The position numbers and the translations under genes are program-made. From the IMG/VR virus record IMGVR_UViG_3300025913_000019: a stretch of 64,000 nucleotides of DNA; one strand, 5' to 3'. Positions 46,102 through 55,067 of this stretch are shown piece after piece. Position 1 is the stretch's first letter, and the number at the start of each line of letters is the position of its first letter. The DNA is from a virus. Lineage: Duplodnaviria > Caudoviricetes. The notes under the pieces are model-generated. The model made no database searches and was not told the origin of the DNA. It was given only the letters and a program-made list of their open reading frames with translations.

Positions 46102-46390
46102 AGGCGCCGCCGAGCGCGCGGTCAAGCCCTTCATGGACAACTGGTGCCGGAACGCGGCTGCGGCCAGGCCGTACTACGTCCCGGTCGTGGACGAGGACAG
46201 CGGCGAGGTCATCGGTCGCGCATGGCCATCGTCCGTCGGCGATCTCACGGCAGAGCCGATGTCCCATGTCGTGACCGTCACCTTCACCTTCGACTACGAG
46301 GCCTTCGATGGACGACGACAAGACGCTGCTGGAACTCCTCCAGCTCCCGCACAACAAGTGGACTCCGGAGACGCTGCAACGGATTCGTGA
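46082..46390 (+). CDS. Hypothetical protein
   Basis: GGAGG RBS; overlaps the next gene by 83 nt, so the C-terminal part is uncertain. Confidence 0.45.
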   Translation: MATKRFEGAAERAVKPFMDNWCRNAAAARPYYVPVVDEDSGEVIGRAWPSSVGDLTAEPMSHVVTVTFTFDYEAFDGRRQDAAGTPPAPAQQVDSGDAATDS

Positions 46391-46733
46391 GCACTACAAG
46401 CCACGCAAACTCAAGGTCATCATGACCTCGGCTCACGTCAAGGAGTACATGGACAACTACGGCGTCGACCTGACCAAGACGGACTGGATCGAGGTCCACG
46501 ATGGTCAGCCGGCGCTGGGCTCGGACTCCGTGTCGATTCAGTTCGACGAGAACGGCAAGTCGACGCCGTTGTTCAGTGGCGGCTTTGCGAACTTTGACCC
46601 GACTGCGCTCTCGACCATGCCAACGTTCGGGTTCAGTGGCAACGAAGGCATCCAGCAGGAGTATCGCGTCGCCAAGAAGTACGAGCCGAAGAAGAATCAA
46701 CCCTGGTACAGACGCCACGCTAAAAGGCGCTGA
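46308..46733 (+). CDS. Hypothetical protein
   Basis: GAGG RBS, typical codon use. Confidence 0.55.
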   Translation: MDDDKTLLELLQLPHNKWTPETLQRIREHYKPRKLKVIMTSAHVKEYMDNYGVDLTKTDWIEVHDGQPALGSDSVSIQFDENGKSTPLFSGGFANFDPTALSTMPTFGFSGNEGIQQEYRVAKKYEPKKNQPWYRRHAKRR

Positions 46734-46756
46734 CCACTCACCACACAGAGGACATC

Positions 46757-47518
46757 ATGAACGAAGACCAAACCCAACAGCCGATCATCGACCCCTCGAT
46801 GCCGGCTGTTCTCGACTCTGAACTCCTGATCGGCATCACGGGCCCGGTCGGAGAGCAGACCTACCTCATCATGGATCGCACGGTCCGGGTCAAGGTCACC
46901 GAGGCCGAGATGCGCGAGATCCTGAAGGGTCCGTACTCGCTGCCGACGATCGCCGAGTTCTACATGATGGCCGAGAACCTGCAGCAGGCGATGCCCGACG
47001 GCATCTACTACCTGCACGGCACTACCATCGACGACATGCTGGACCTGCGCCGTGGCTGCGGTGACCTGGCCGTCATGATCGACCACGGTCGTATCCGCAC
47101 CCTGTTCGGCCCCACAGCTGGCGAGCGCGATGCGATCCTGGTGCGCCGTCCTCGTGTCCAGACGCGGATGGCCGAGCATGGTCCCCTGCGCAAGGTCAAC
47201 GCGCCGCGCATCGCCTTCCTCCAACCGGGCAAGGACCCGCGGTCGTGGAAGCTGATCGTCGAAAGCGTGCAGGTCCTGGACTCGACCAGCGGCAAGTCCT
47301 GGGAGCAAGCGCAGGACATGGAGTCGCAGATCAACGCGAACTTCGCGCGATCGCAGCCCGTGATCGACCAGCAGCGCTGGAAGAAGCTCGAGCGCAACTC
47401 GACGGTGATCCATCCCGACCACAACCACCTCAAGGGCTCGACGCTGATCCGGGTCACGGGCCAGGGCGATACCGTCGAGAAGATCCTCGACTCGATCAGA
47501 GAGAACAAGGTGCTGTGA
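46757..47518 (+). CDS. Hypothetical protein
   Basis: AGAGGA RBS, 253 aa, typical codon use. Confidence 0.65.
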   Translation: MNEDQTQQPIIDPSMPAVLDSELLIGITGPVGEQTYLIMDRTVRVKVTEAEMREILKGPYSLPTIAEFYMMAENLQQAMPDGIYYLHGTTIDDMLDLRRGCGDLAVMIDHGRIRTLFGPTAGERDAILVRRPRVQTRMAEHGPLRKVNAPRIAFLQPGKDPRSWKLIVESVQVLDSTSGKSWEQAQDMESQINANFARSQPVIDQQRWKKLERNSTVIHPDHNHLKGSTLIRVTGQGDTVEKILDSIRENKVL

Positions 47519-47733
47519 TGGCGAGGCGCAGCGAAGCAGAAACGTGGGCTGTCCTAGCCTTCGTGCTCGTGGTGCTGACCGCGGTCGGCGGCTGGTGGTT
47601 CTTCAAGCCGCACGACACCGTGGTCTCCAAGTGCTACGATGGCCAGCTCTGGACCACGTACTGGAAGAAGGGACGGCACAAGGACAAGCTGATCCTGGTC
47701 GACGACAAGCCTGTCCCATGTGTGGAGCAGTGA
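47518..47733 (+). CDS. Small single-TM protein with two-Cys outer domain (paralogue A)
   Basis: TGATG-coupled start 47518; TM helix then KCYDGQLWT...ILVDDKPVPC. Confidence 0.6.
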   Translation: MARRSEAETWAVLAFVLVVLTAVGGWWFFKPHDTVVSKCYDGQLWTTYWKKGRHKDKLILVDDKPVPCVEQ

Positions 47734-47978
47734 TGAGCAACAAAAGCAAAGACGATGATGTGGTCACCACGCTGTGGGTGGTCTGTGCCATCATGGGATT
47801 CGTCTTCGTGATCGACAAGATCCTGACGGCGCCGCCCGATGTGCACGTACCGCCACCTGTCCCGACCGTGCAGACCACGTGTCACGGTGGCCAGGTCTGG
47901 ACCAGCCACTACTTCAGGGGCAGCAACGTGGCGGACAACATGATCCTGGTCAACGGGCAGCCCGTCGACTGTAAATAA
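47733..47978 (+). CDS. Small single-TM protein with two-Cys outer domain (paralogue B)
   Basis: TGATG-coupled start 47733; TM helix then TCHGGQVWT...ILVNGQPVDC. Confidence 0.6.
   Translation: MSNKSKDDDVVTTLWVVCAIMGFVFVIDKILTAPPDVHVPPPVPTVQTTCHGGQVWTSHYFRGSNVADNMILVNGQPVDCK
47970..47977 (+). promoter_or_regulatory. Putative phage promoter TGTAAATA upstream of clamp loader
   Basis: Recurring 8-mer, 25 nt before the 48003 start; forces rare codons TGT AAA. Confidence 0.5.
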
Positions 47979-48002
47979 CGAGGTCAAGACAGAGGACACC
48001 AC

Positions 48003-49139
48003 ATGACGCAAGAAGTGAAGAGCGCACTTTTCCACACGCGCTACCGACCCGAGACCTTCGAGCGGATGATCGGCCACGAGCAGGCCGTGACCCGTGTCAA
48101 GGGCATCATCGCCAAGGGCAACTGGCCGTCGGCGATGCTGATGACTGGCGCACCATCGGCGGGCAAGACGACGCTGGCGCGCTGCATCGCCACGGCCATC
48201 AACGGCAAGTCGATCGCCGAGCAGGTGCGGAACGGCACGTACCGCGAGATCGACGGCGGCTCGCAGCGCACCATCGATGACATGCGCGAGCTGATCCAGA
48301 ACTCGCGACACAAGCCTATGGGTGGCGGCAAGCGCATCTTCGTCATCGACGAGGCGCAGTCGATCCTGACGAACAAGCCGGCCGCGCAAGCGCTGCTGAA
48401 GCCCATCGAGGACTCGGGCACCAGGGACACCATCTGGATTCTGTGCTCGATGGACCCGGGCAAGTTCCAGACCACGACCGAAGGCAAGGCCATCGCCGGC
48501 CGCTGCACGCAGTTCGTCCTTCCGCCGCACACGCAGTCCGATCTCATGAAGATGGCGAAGCGCATCGTCGTCGGCGAAGAGATGACGTACATGAAGGACA
48601 GCGAACTCCTGACCAAGGTCGTGGAGCGCGCTGGCACCATGCGCGAGATCGCGAACCAACTGCAGGCCATCTCCGAGTACTACGAGGGGCTGGAGAAGAA
48701 GCCGAAGAAGCTGGACGAGGAAGCCCTCATGGAGGTGCTGACCAGCATCGAGGGCAACGACGATGCGGCCGTGGCCACGATCCTCTCGTCTGCGCTCGTC
48801 GGCAAGTTCACGCAGGCGCAGCTCGCGATCCTCGACATCGGCGACAGCTTCCAGGCCATCAACAAGATGGTGATGGCCGCGAACTTCATGCTCAACATGA
48901 TCGTCCTCAACGGCAAGAAGCACCCGAAGCTCATTTGGGCTCCGGTGTGCCGCATGGCCTGGGAGAAGACGAAGGGCCAGAAGATCCCTCTCGGTCACTA
49001 CGCCGGGCTGCTCGAGATGGCCGTCCAGCTGAAGAACGAGTCGATGGACTTCACGGTCGACGCCGGCGCCCTGATCTCGCAGAAGATCTACCGCTACATC
49101 AAGAACGTGGTGGCCCCGGCAGCCGAGAAGAAGGACTGA
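48003..49139 (+). CDS. Clamp loader AAA+ ATPase (DnaX gamma/tau / RFC-like)
   Basis: HTRYRPETF..MIGHEQ, Walker A GAPSAGKTT, Walker B VIDEAQ, ALLKPIED and an SRC-like GRC motif. Confidence 0.9.
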   Translation: MTQEVKSALFHTRYRPETFERMIGHEQAVTRVKGIIAKGNWPSAMLMTGAPSAGKTTLARCIATAINGKSIAEQVRNGTYREIDGGSQRTIDDMRELIQNSRHKPMGGGKRIFVIDEAQSILTNKPAAQALLKPIEDSGTRDTIWILCSMDPGKFQTTTEGKAIAGRCTQFVLPPHTQSDLMKMAKRIVVGEEMTYMKDSELLTKVVERAGTMREIANQLQAISEYYEGLEKKPKKLDEEALMEVLTSIEGNDDAAVATILSSALVGKFTQAQLAILDIGDSFQAINKMVMAANFMLNMIVLNGKKHPKLIWAPVCRMAWEKTKGQKIPLGHYAGLLEMAVQLKNESMDFTVDAGALISQKIYRYIKNVVAPAAEKKD

Positions 49140-49140
49140 C

Positions 49141-49782
49141 ATGAGCAGCCACACCAACGATGCGTACCGCGAAGGTTGGGATCGGATCTTCGGTCGGTTC
49201 GCCAAGGCATACCTCGATGCCCAGGTCAGCCACATCATCAGGCACGGTCCCGATGTGGCTGTCAACATGTACCCGGATAGGCCGACGTTCGAGGAGATCG
49301 TGGCTCGACTCGAGACCGTGATCTTCGTCACCAACAAGCTCGACACGTCGTTGGTACCGAAGCACGGAGCCTGCGTCCCGTACTACGTGAACGTGAAGGA
49401 CAAGCACATCGCGCGCTGGCACGAGATCATCGTCAAGCACTGGGCCGGATGCTACTTGAACTGCTCAGTCGACGAGACGCACATGATAGCGGGCCTGCAG
49501 CGTGGCTTCATCGATCTCGAGCGCCACGCTCTCACCGAGGAAGAGCACTTCACGCTGGTACCGAAGCCCCAGTGCGAGGCAGAACGTGATGAAGCCTGGC
49601 GCACGGGACTCAACGTCATTCGCAACATCGTGGGCCGCGGTCTCGTTCTTTGGGAGGGGCTGCTGTGGGTTGATGGCCGGTGCCGGATACCGATGCTGTT
49701 CCCACACGACAAGCGCGAAGCAGAGATCCGAGCAACGCTGCGTGCGCTGATCAGTCGTGGCATTCTCCCGCCCAGGGACTAG
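49141..49782 (+). CDS. Hypothetical protein with N-terminal NDAYREGWDRIFG motif
   Basis: Coupled ORF; motif shared with the next gene. Confidence 0.6.
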   Translation: MSSHTNDAYREGWDRIFGRFAKAYLDAQVSHIIRHGPDVAVNMYPDRPTFEEIVARLETVIFVTNKLDTSLVPKHGACVPYYVNVKDKHIARWHEIIVKHWAGCYLNCSVDETHMIAGLQRGFIDLERHALTEEEHFTLVPKPQCEAERDEAWRTGLNVIRNIVGRGLVLWEGLLWVDGRCRIPMLFPHDKREAEIRATLRALISRGILPPRD

Positions 49783-49816
49783 ACCATTTCACAACCTCAA
49801 TACAAGGAACAAGGCA

Positions 49817-50140
49817 ATGAGCCGCAAGAACGACATCACGGGCGCCGAGCTGGTGACGAAGGCCAACACCAAGGAGTACGCCGAGGGCTACGACCGCATC
49901 TTCGGCAAGCCGAAGGAACGAGACCCGTTGGCCGGGACCCTGAAGTGCTTGCAGATCGAGGTCAATGGCAAGCTCTACAACGTCGGCAACCCGTCGATGA
50001 CGAAGGAGAAGATCCTCAAGCTGGCCGGCATGACCGACGGTCGCGTCACCTTCCGGCGCGGCGGCTACGACGTGGGTCTCAACGATGGCGAGTCGATGCC
50101 GGTCTTCCAAGGCCAGCGCTTCTTCGTCAAGGAGCGCTAG
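49817..50140 (+). CDS. Small protein with C-terminal multi-ubiquitin (beta-grasp)-like domain
   Basis: Start reassigned to ATG 49817 (AAGG RBS). IEVNGKLYNV...MTKEKILKLAG...VTFRRGG...LNDGESMPVFQGQRFFV fits the Multi_ubiq pattern by eye. Confidence 0.55.
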   Translation: MSRKNDITGAELVTKANTKEYAEGYDRIFGKPKERDPLAGTLKCLQIEVNGKLYNVGNPSMTKEKILKLAGMTDGRVTFRRGGYDVGLNDGESMPVFQGQRFFVKER

Positions 50141-50530
50141 ATGAGCAGGTGTGATTCGTGCAAGCACTTCTACCAGAACGCCGTGGGTAATGCGCGTTGC
50201 GGCGCTGACCAGATGTTCCAGGACTTCAGCTGCCACACCGGACTGCCGGCCAACGTGAACCCGGTCGGCTGCAAGGCCTACTCGATCCACGAGCTGGACG
50301 AGCTGCGCAAGGTCGTCTACAAGCGGGTCATGTTCGGCACCTCCTACATGCAGGTGAAAGACCTGCCCGATGGCGAGTTCACGATCCCGCACCGTCGCTA
50401 CCTCGACGACAAGGACCCGCGGTTCACGGCTACGGTCGAGGACCAGGTGCGGACCCTCATGGTGGCCGGTGTCGTGGCTGCCGACGTGATCGCGGCTGAC
50501 AAGTACTACTTCGAGGAGTCGAAGAAATGA
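50141..50530 (+). CDS. Hypothetical protein with Cys-rich N-terminus
   Basis: CDSC...C...C...C in the first 45 aa; AAGGAG RBS. Confidence 0.6.
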   Translation: MSRCDSCKHFYQNAVGNARCGADQMFQDFSCHTGLPANVNPVGCKAYSIHELDELRKVVYKRVMFGTSYMQVKDLPDGEFTIPHRRYLDDKDPRFTATVEDQVRTLMVAGVVAADVIAADKYYFEESKK

Positions 50531-51300
50531 TCCACGACTACAACCCCATGCGGAACCTGCCGGCGGCATTGCTGAACGAGGACGGCCACAAGTCGCCGAT
50601 CACGATCAAGCGCCAGTTCGGCATCGCCATGCCCGAGGACTTCAACGGCAAGTGGTTCCACTCCGTCGGCGCGTTTCTGGCGGACCCGAAGCGCCAGTCC
50701 GGGACCTGGGTCATCACGTCGGACGCGTGGTCGTTCGAGCCCGTCTACGTGGCCTGGAACGATGTGAGCCGCGAGTGGATCAACGGCGGGATCGAGGGTC
50801 GCAACCTGTCGAACCCGACCATCTACGTCAACGGTCTGACGTTCAAGGCGCCGGCGGCGGGTCTGATCGATCGCTCGACGCTGATGACGATGATGAGCTT
50901 CACCGGCGATCCCGAGAACTACAAGTTCGAGTACAGGGTCGGCACGGGCTTCGCCGAGATCACGACGCACATGGTCCAGACGGCACACCAGATGCACTTC
51001 AAGGCCACGCCGCGCGATCCGAAGATCGTGGTCGCCGACCTGCTCTCCTGGCTGGCGGGTCTCAACTGCGTGCGTGCGCAGCTGACGAAGGAAGTCGTGG
51101 GCCCGAGAACCATGGAGACCTTCGCGCGTGAGAACTGGTTGACCGACACGGACTTCAGGGAGATCCAGCGCGCCGGCGTCTTCTGGCGTGTGAACATCTG
51201 CATGGACTGGAAATCCGACGGGCACTTCTTCTTCGGCGCAACTCCGCAGCGCACGCTGCAGCAGGCCAAGGACAAGCACACCCGTGGAGAGCTGAAGTGA
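50527..51300 (+). CDS. Protein with internal multi-ubiquitin-like domain (aa ~97-164)
   Basis: TIYVNG.TF...IDRSTLMTM...DPENYKFEYRVG...MHFKATP fits the Multi_ubiq pattern by eye. Confidence 0.5.
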   Translation: MIHDYNPMRNLPAALLNEDGHKSPITIKRQFGIAMPEDFNGKWFHSVGAFLADPKRQSGTWVITSDAWSFEPVYVAWNDVSREWINGGIEGRNLSNPTIYVNGLTFKAPAAGLIDRSTLMTMMSFTGDPENYKFEYRVGTGFAEITTHMVQTAHQMHFKATPRDPKIVVADLLSWLAGLNCVRAQLTKEVVGPRTMETFARENWLTDTDFREIQRAGVFWRVNICMDWKSDGHFFFGATPQRTLQQAKDKHTRGELK

Positions 51301-51539
51301 TCCCGTTCGATCAGCTCATCTCGTGGATATCGGTGGCACTCATCGTCGCCTTCGTGTTCGTGCTCCGATCTCTTGTCTTCGCCATGAAGGAAACCGAAGT
51401 GGAACTCCACGACCTGAACCGGATGATCGAGCGCCTGCAGCAGCCGGAGACCAAGAAGCGGAAGTCGCATCTCAGCCAGGCCGGCATCGAGATGTGGCTG
51501 AAGCGCAACCTCAAGCGGCGGAAGGGGATCAGGCGATGA
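51297..51539 (+). CDS. Small membrane protein
   Basis: N-terminal TM helix and basic C-terminal tail. Confidence 0.55.
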   Translation: MIPFDQLISWISVALIVAFVFVLRSLVFAMKETEVELHDLNRMIERLQQPETKKRKSHLSQAGIEMWLKRNLKRRKGIRR

Positions 51540-52063
51540 GCAAGTCTCAAGACATACTGCAGACACTGGAGCAGACGCTCTTCAGCCACTACCCGGGTCT
51601 CGAGTCCGTTGCAGCGAAGAAGCTGCTGCGCACATGGGTTGCGCTGAACTTCGATTCTCAAGGTGGGCTCCAGTGTCTGCCGACTCCGGTACTGCCTGTC
51701 AGCAAGCTCCTCAACACGGGGCAGCTTGGTGAGAACGGGAAATGCAGGCACGGTGGCGGCCGTCAGGGCGCGCGCTGCGTCAGCCACTGTGGCAACAGCG
51801 ACTGCACGGGCCCCGTCGAGCTCGCTGCCGACGTGCAGTGCCCGAACCTCACGGCCTGCTTCATCGTCGAGTGCGAACAGAACGAGCACGACTCGTGGGC
51901 GCGATCTTCGTTCGATCCGCCGCCAAGTCTCGAAGACTATCGAGTCATATGCCATGAACGTCCGCGAGAACGCATCTTCACCATGAAGTGCATGTGCCGT
52001 ACTCACCAGACGCTACTCATGCGAGTCCGCACCGAAGAGCGAGTCACCTACGAGAAGGCATGA
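51536..52063 (+). CDS. Cys-rich hypothetical protein
   Basis: ATGA-coupled start 51536; about 10 Cys. Codon use is less typical than neighbours. Confidence 0.45.
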   Translation: MSKSQDILQTLEQTLFSHYPGLESVAAKKLLRTWVALNFDSQGGLQCLPTPVLPVSKLLNTGQLGENGKCRHGGGRQGARCVSHCGNSDCTGPVELAADVQCPNLTACFIVECEQNEHDSWARSSFDPPPSLEDYRVICHERPRERIFTMKCMCRTHQTLLMRVRTEERVTYEKA

Positions 52064-52524
52064 TGACCAAGTACACAGCCGAACAAGTGAAGGACATGAG
52101 CGAGCTGATCGTTCGTGCTCTGCAAGAGCCGAACCTCATCGCCGCTCTGTCCTTCGTTGCCGTTTGGGATACCGAACGAGCCATCGAGCAGGCGCGACGG
52201 AACAACTTCGAGTCCTGGGAGACGTGCACTCGTTTCCTCTTCACCGAGGTCGTCAACGCTTGGAATGCGAGGGACGGTGACATCGAATGCCCGCGGACTC
52301 CGATGTGCACCCTGACCACCGTGGAGCCTGAGCGTCTGCAGCATCGCACGGTCGAACGTCGTGCGTCAGTTGCTGAGGAGCGCGAAGGTCCTGCAGCACG
52401 GAAGGCTCACAAGTCGCCGGTCGTCTCCTTCTGGCGATCGGTCTGCAAGTGTGCGACGCACGGTCGTACCTTTGAACGGGAGCGTGCGCTGCGCGGTACG
52501 ATTGAATACAAGGAGTTGCTATGA
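52060..52524 (+). CDS. Hypothetical protein
   Basis: ATGA-coupled start 52060 (MMTKYTAEQ). Confidence 0.5.
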   Translation: MMTKYTAEQVKDMSELIVRALQEPNLIAALSFVAVWDTERAIEQARRNNFESWETCTRFLFTEVVNAWNARDGDIECPRTPMCTLTTVEPERLQHRTVERRASVAEEREGPAARKAHKSPVVSFWRSVCKCATHGRTFERERALRGTIEYKELL

Positions 52525-52937
52525 GCGACCTCGACCTGATCCTCACGTCCAACGTGAACGAGTTCCTGACAAAGCGCGGGAACGGCTCGCTCTTCGAGTC
52601 TGCGCCATGGCTGTACCGAACGAACGAGGCCGACATCGCTGCAGGGACGAAGGTTCGTGTTCCCATGTCCGAGTTTCTGAGCCGCGAGTTTGTGTCTGAC
52701 GGCACGGTGGCGCTGAGACGCGTGCAGCTGAGCGTGACGCTGACCGCGAACCAGATGGAGCGGCACAACGTGACTCGACAGCTGCTGGCCTCGGAGCAGC
52801 GCTTCATCGACATGATGAACAGGAAGGACGAAGGAGTGCTCCATCTCTTCCGCTTCAGCAACGAGTGGAGCTGGCGCGAGTGGGCCGGCCGGATGGACTT
52901 CACGCGCACCGTGAGTGCGATCAAGGAACTGCAATGA
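52521..52937 (+). CDS. Hypothetical protein
   Basis: AAGGAG RBS. Confidence 0.6.
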   Translation: MSDLDLILTSNVNEFLTKRGNGSLFESAPWLYRTNEADIAAGTKVRVPMSEFLSREFVSDGTVALRRVQLSVTLTANQMERHNVTRQLLASEQRFIDMMNRKDEGVLHLFRFSNEWSWREWAGRMDFTRTVSAIKELQ

Positions 52938-53422
52938 ACGACGATCAACGCGACTACATGCGGCGAGGCACCGAGAGCTTCCTCTGCACGGTGGCCTTCA
53001 GCCACAAGCCCTTCGACGGCAAGCGGCGCTACACCCACCTGCCGTGGGACGAACAGGCGCGGCCGCACCTCGACGAGAGCCGAGTGCGCATGGTCCGTGT
53101 CGTGGACCCCGAAATGGTGCCGCGTACTGTCGAGACCGAGATCGAAGGCGCGCACTACGCGTCGATCAACGTCCCGGTCGTCCGGCTCTGGTTCGTGAAC
53201 ACGCCGGGCTTCCGTTCCTTCCAGGACACAGTGCGCGAGATGCAGCGGCAGGATGAGTTCCTGGTCTCGCGACTCGGTACCGAACGCACGATCAAGGAGC
53301 GGCTGCTCTATCGCGAAGACGAGCGCATCCGCCTCTGGCACTCTGGCTGGCGGGCCAGGGTCCATGAGGATGGCCGGTGGGAGTTCGAGGCAAAGACTGC
53401 AGCAGTGAGGATCATGCGGTGA
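52934..53422 (+). CDS. Hypothetical protein
   Basis: Start reassigned to ATG 52934 (AAGGA RBS). Confidence 0.6.
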   Translation: MNDDQRDYMRRGTESFLCTVAFSHKPFDGKRRYTHLPWDEQARPHLDESRVRMVRVVDPEMVPRTVETEIEGAHYASINVPVVRLWFVNTPGFRSFQDTVREMQRQDEFLVSRLGTERTIKERLLYREDERIRLWHSGWRARVHEDGRWEFEAKTAAVRIMR

Positions 53423-53673
53423 CGTTGGTGAACAAGTACCAGGAAGTCGAGGACCTGATCGTGGCCGCGATCCGGCGCGGCCAGAAGACCGATCATGTAA
53501 ATAACGGGGTGATCTGGAACGCGATGTCCGAAGTGACGGAGCGCGACGACAACCCGTATGTCGCCAACGCCATCAAGACCCGGATGCAGAAGTTGCGCGA
53601 CCAGAAGATCATCCAGCACTGCCGCACCAACGGCTGGTCGTTGGTCCCCAAACCCGAACAGGAACAATCATGA
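53419..53673 (+). CDS. Small hypothetical protein, possible winged helix
   Basis: GTGA-coupled start; ...IKTRMQKLRDQKII...NGW wing-like end. Confidence 0.45.
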   Translation: MTLVNKYQEVEDLIVAAIRRGQKTDHVNNGVIWNAMSEVTERDDNPYVANAIKTRMQKLRDQKIIQHCRTNGWSLVPKPEQEQS

Positions 53674-54026
53674 GCGAACCCAAGACCCGCAAGATCACGA
53701 CCATCGTCGCCGGCGGCGACATGTGGGAGCCCACCCACGAAGAACTGCAGACCCTCGTCGAGCAGTTCATGCACGCGGACATGGACCCGAACGGCTCCGT
53801 GGTAGCGACCACGACCTCGAAGCCCGTGAAGGTCCGTGTCATCGATGTCACGGCTTCCGAGGGCATCCTCGCTTCGACCGGCTGGCTCAGCGACAAGGAC
53901 ATCGAGCTCTGCTGCGAAGCCGCGGCGCGCGCTCAGCATGGTCTGCCCGCTGGCTCCGAAGAGCGCACGCGTGCGGGCATCCTGGCCTTCCGTGCCCGGC
54001 TCGACCTCCGCATGAACGAAGACTGA
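53670..54026 (+). CDS. Hypothetical protein
   Basis: CAGGA RBS, coupled ORF. Confidence 0.55.
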   Translation: MSEPKTRKITTIVAGGDMWEPTHEELQTLVEQFMHADMDPNGSVVATTTSKPVKVRVIDVTASEGILASTGWLSDKDIELCCEAAARAQHGLPAGSEERTRAGILAFRARLDLRMNED

Positions 54027-54037
54027 GAGGCACGACG

Positions 54038-54646
54038 ATGAGCAACAAGCTGAGCACCAAGACCGTGCAGCACCTCCAGAACGCGAAGGCGCTTATCGGC
54101 AACAAGATGGAGTCGTGGCTGGGTCGTGAGCCCTTTCCAGGCGAGGCCGAGAAGCGCTACAAGGGCATGATGTCCGACGTGAACTTCGAGCTCCACGAGT
54201 ACGAGACCACGGACGGACCGCAGCCGCCGATGAGCCCGCACCTCGCGGCCGTGCTCAACGAGTACAAGGGCCTGCTCGAAGACACGATCCTCTTCTGGAC
54301 GAGTCGCGATCAGGCGACGGCCACGAGCTACGAAGCCGTGCTGAAGGATCTCGAGCAGCTGCTGGAAGTGACCGAAGTACTGCCGGGTGCGCCGGTGCCG
54401 ACGCCGGCCCAACGTCCGAACGTCCGCTGCATGGAACTCGGGCGCTGCAAGATCAAGGTCGTGAACGAGACGATGCGGGCTGACACGCCGACGCAGACGC
54501 CCAACGGCCAGTGGATCTTCGATGACCCGGAGGTCTATCGCCAGAACCGCGAGTGCATGACGTGCGGCCGGCAGTGGACGACCTCGGTCAACCACGGCCA
54601 GTCCGGCACGTTCGAGGTCAAGGCGCCGCAGAGGATCATGCTATGA
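54038..54646 (+). CDS. Hypothetical protein with C-terminal Zn-ribbon-like Cys motifs
   Basis: Start reassigned to ATG 54038 (GAGAGG RBS); C...C and CMTC motifs. Confidence 0.55.
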   Translation: MSNKLSTKTVQHLQNAKALIGNKMESWLGREPFPGEAEKRYKGMMSDVNFELHEYETTDGPQPPMSPHLAAVLNEYKGLLEDTILFWTSRDQATATSYEAVLKDLEQLLEVTEVLPGAPVPTPAQRPNVRCMELGRCKIKVVNETMRADTPTQTPNGQWIFDDPEVYRQNRECMTCGRQWTTSVNHGQSGTFEVKAPQRIML

Positions 54647-55038
54647 GCGGCGGCCGCATCTATCGACTGAAGGTCGACCCGCTCCCGCTCTCGGCGTGCC
54701 GGCCCGATGCCGTCTACGAGTACATGGCCTACGGTGATCCGCTGAGCAGACCGGCCTTCGGACCGGAGCAGGTTGCGCGAGACAACATCAAGCGGCACGC
54801 GATCCCCGTCAAGTACTACGTGGCCAAGGGCGAGGACGCGTTCATCGCCATGGACAAGGAAGTCTTCGAGCTCATCGACTTCGTGTTCAACGAGGAGCGC
54901 GAGCACCTGGTATCCGTGGCCGCGAACTACAACCGGAAGCACGAGGACCTGGATCTCAAGGTCAAGGCCGACAAGCGAGCCTTCAACGCCCTGCCCTGGT
55001 ACAAGCGCGTCTGGCTCGCCTTCAAGAAGAACGTGTAA
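54643..55038 (+). CDS. Hypothetical protein
   Basis: ATGA-coupled start 54643 (MSGGRIY). Confidence 0.55.
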   Translation: MSGGRIYRLKVDPLPLSACRPDAVYEYMAYGDPLSRPAFGPEQVARDNIKRHAIPVKYYVAKGEDAFIAMDKEVFELIDFVFNEEREHLVSVAANYNRKHEDLDLKVKADKRAFNALPWYKRVWLAFKKNV

Positions 55039-55041
55039 ATA
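55034..55041 (+). promoter_or_regulatory. Putative phage promoter TGTAAATA
   Basis: Recurring 8-mer 26 nt before the 55068 start, heading the dNMP kinase/Rad50 run. Confidence 0.5.
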
Positions 55042-55067
55042 GACGGATCTACAGAACGGAGAACGAA

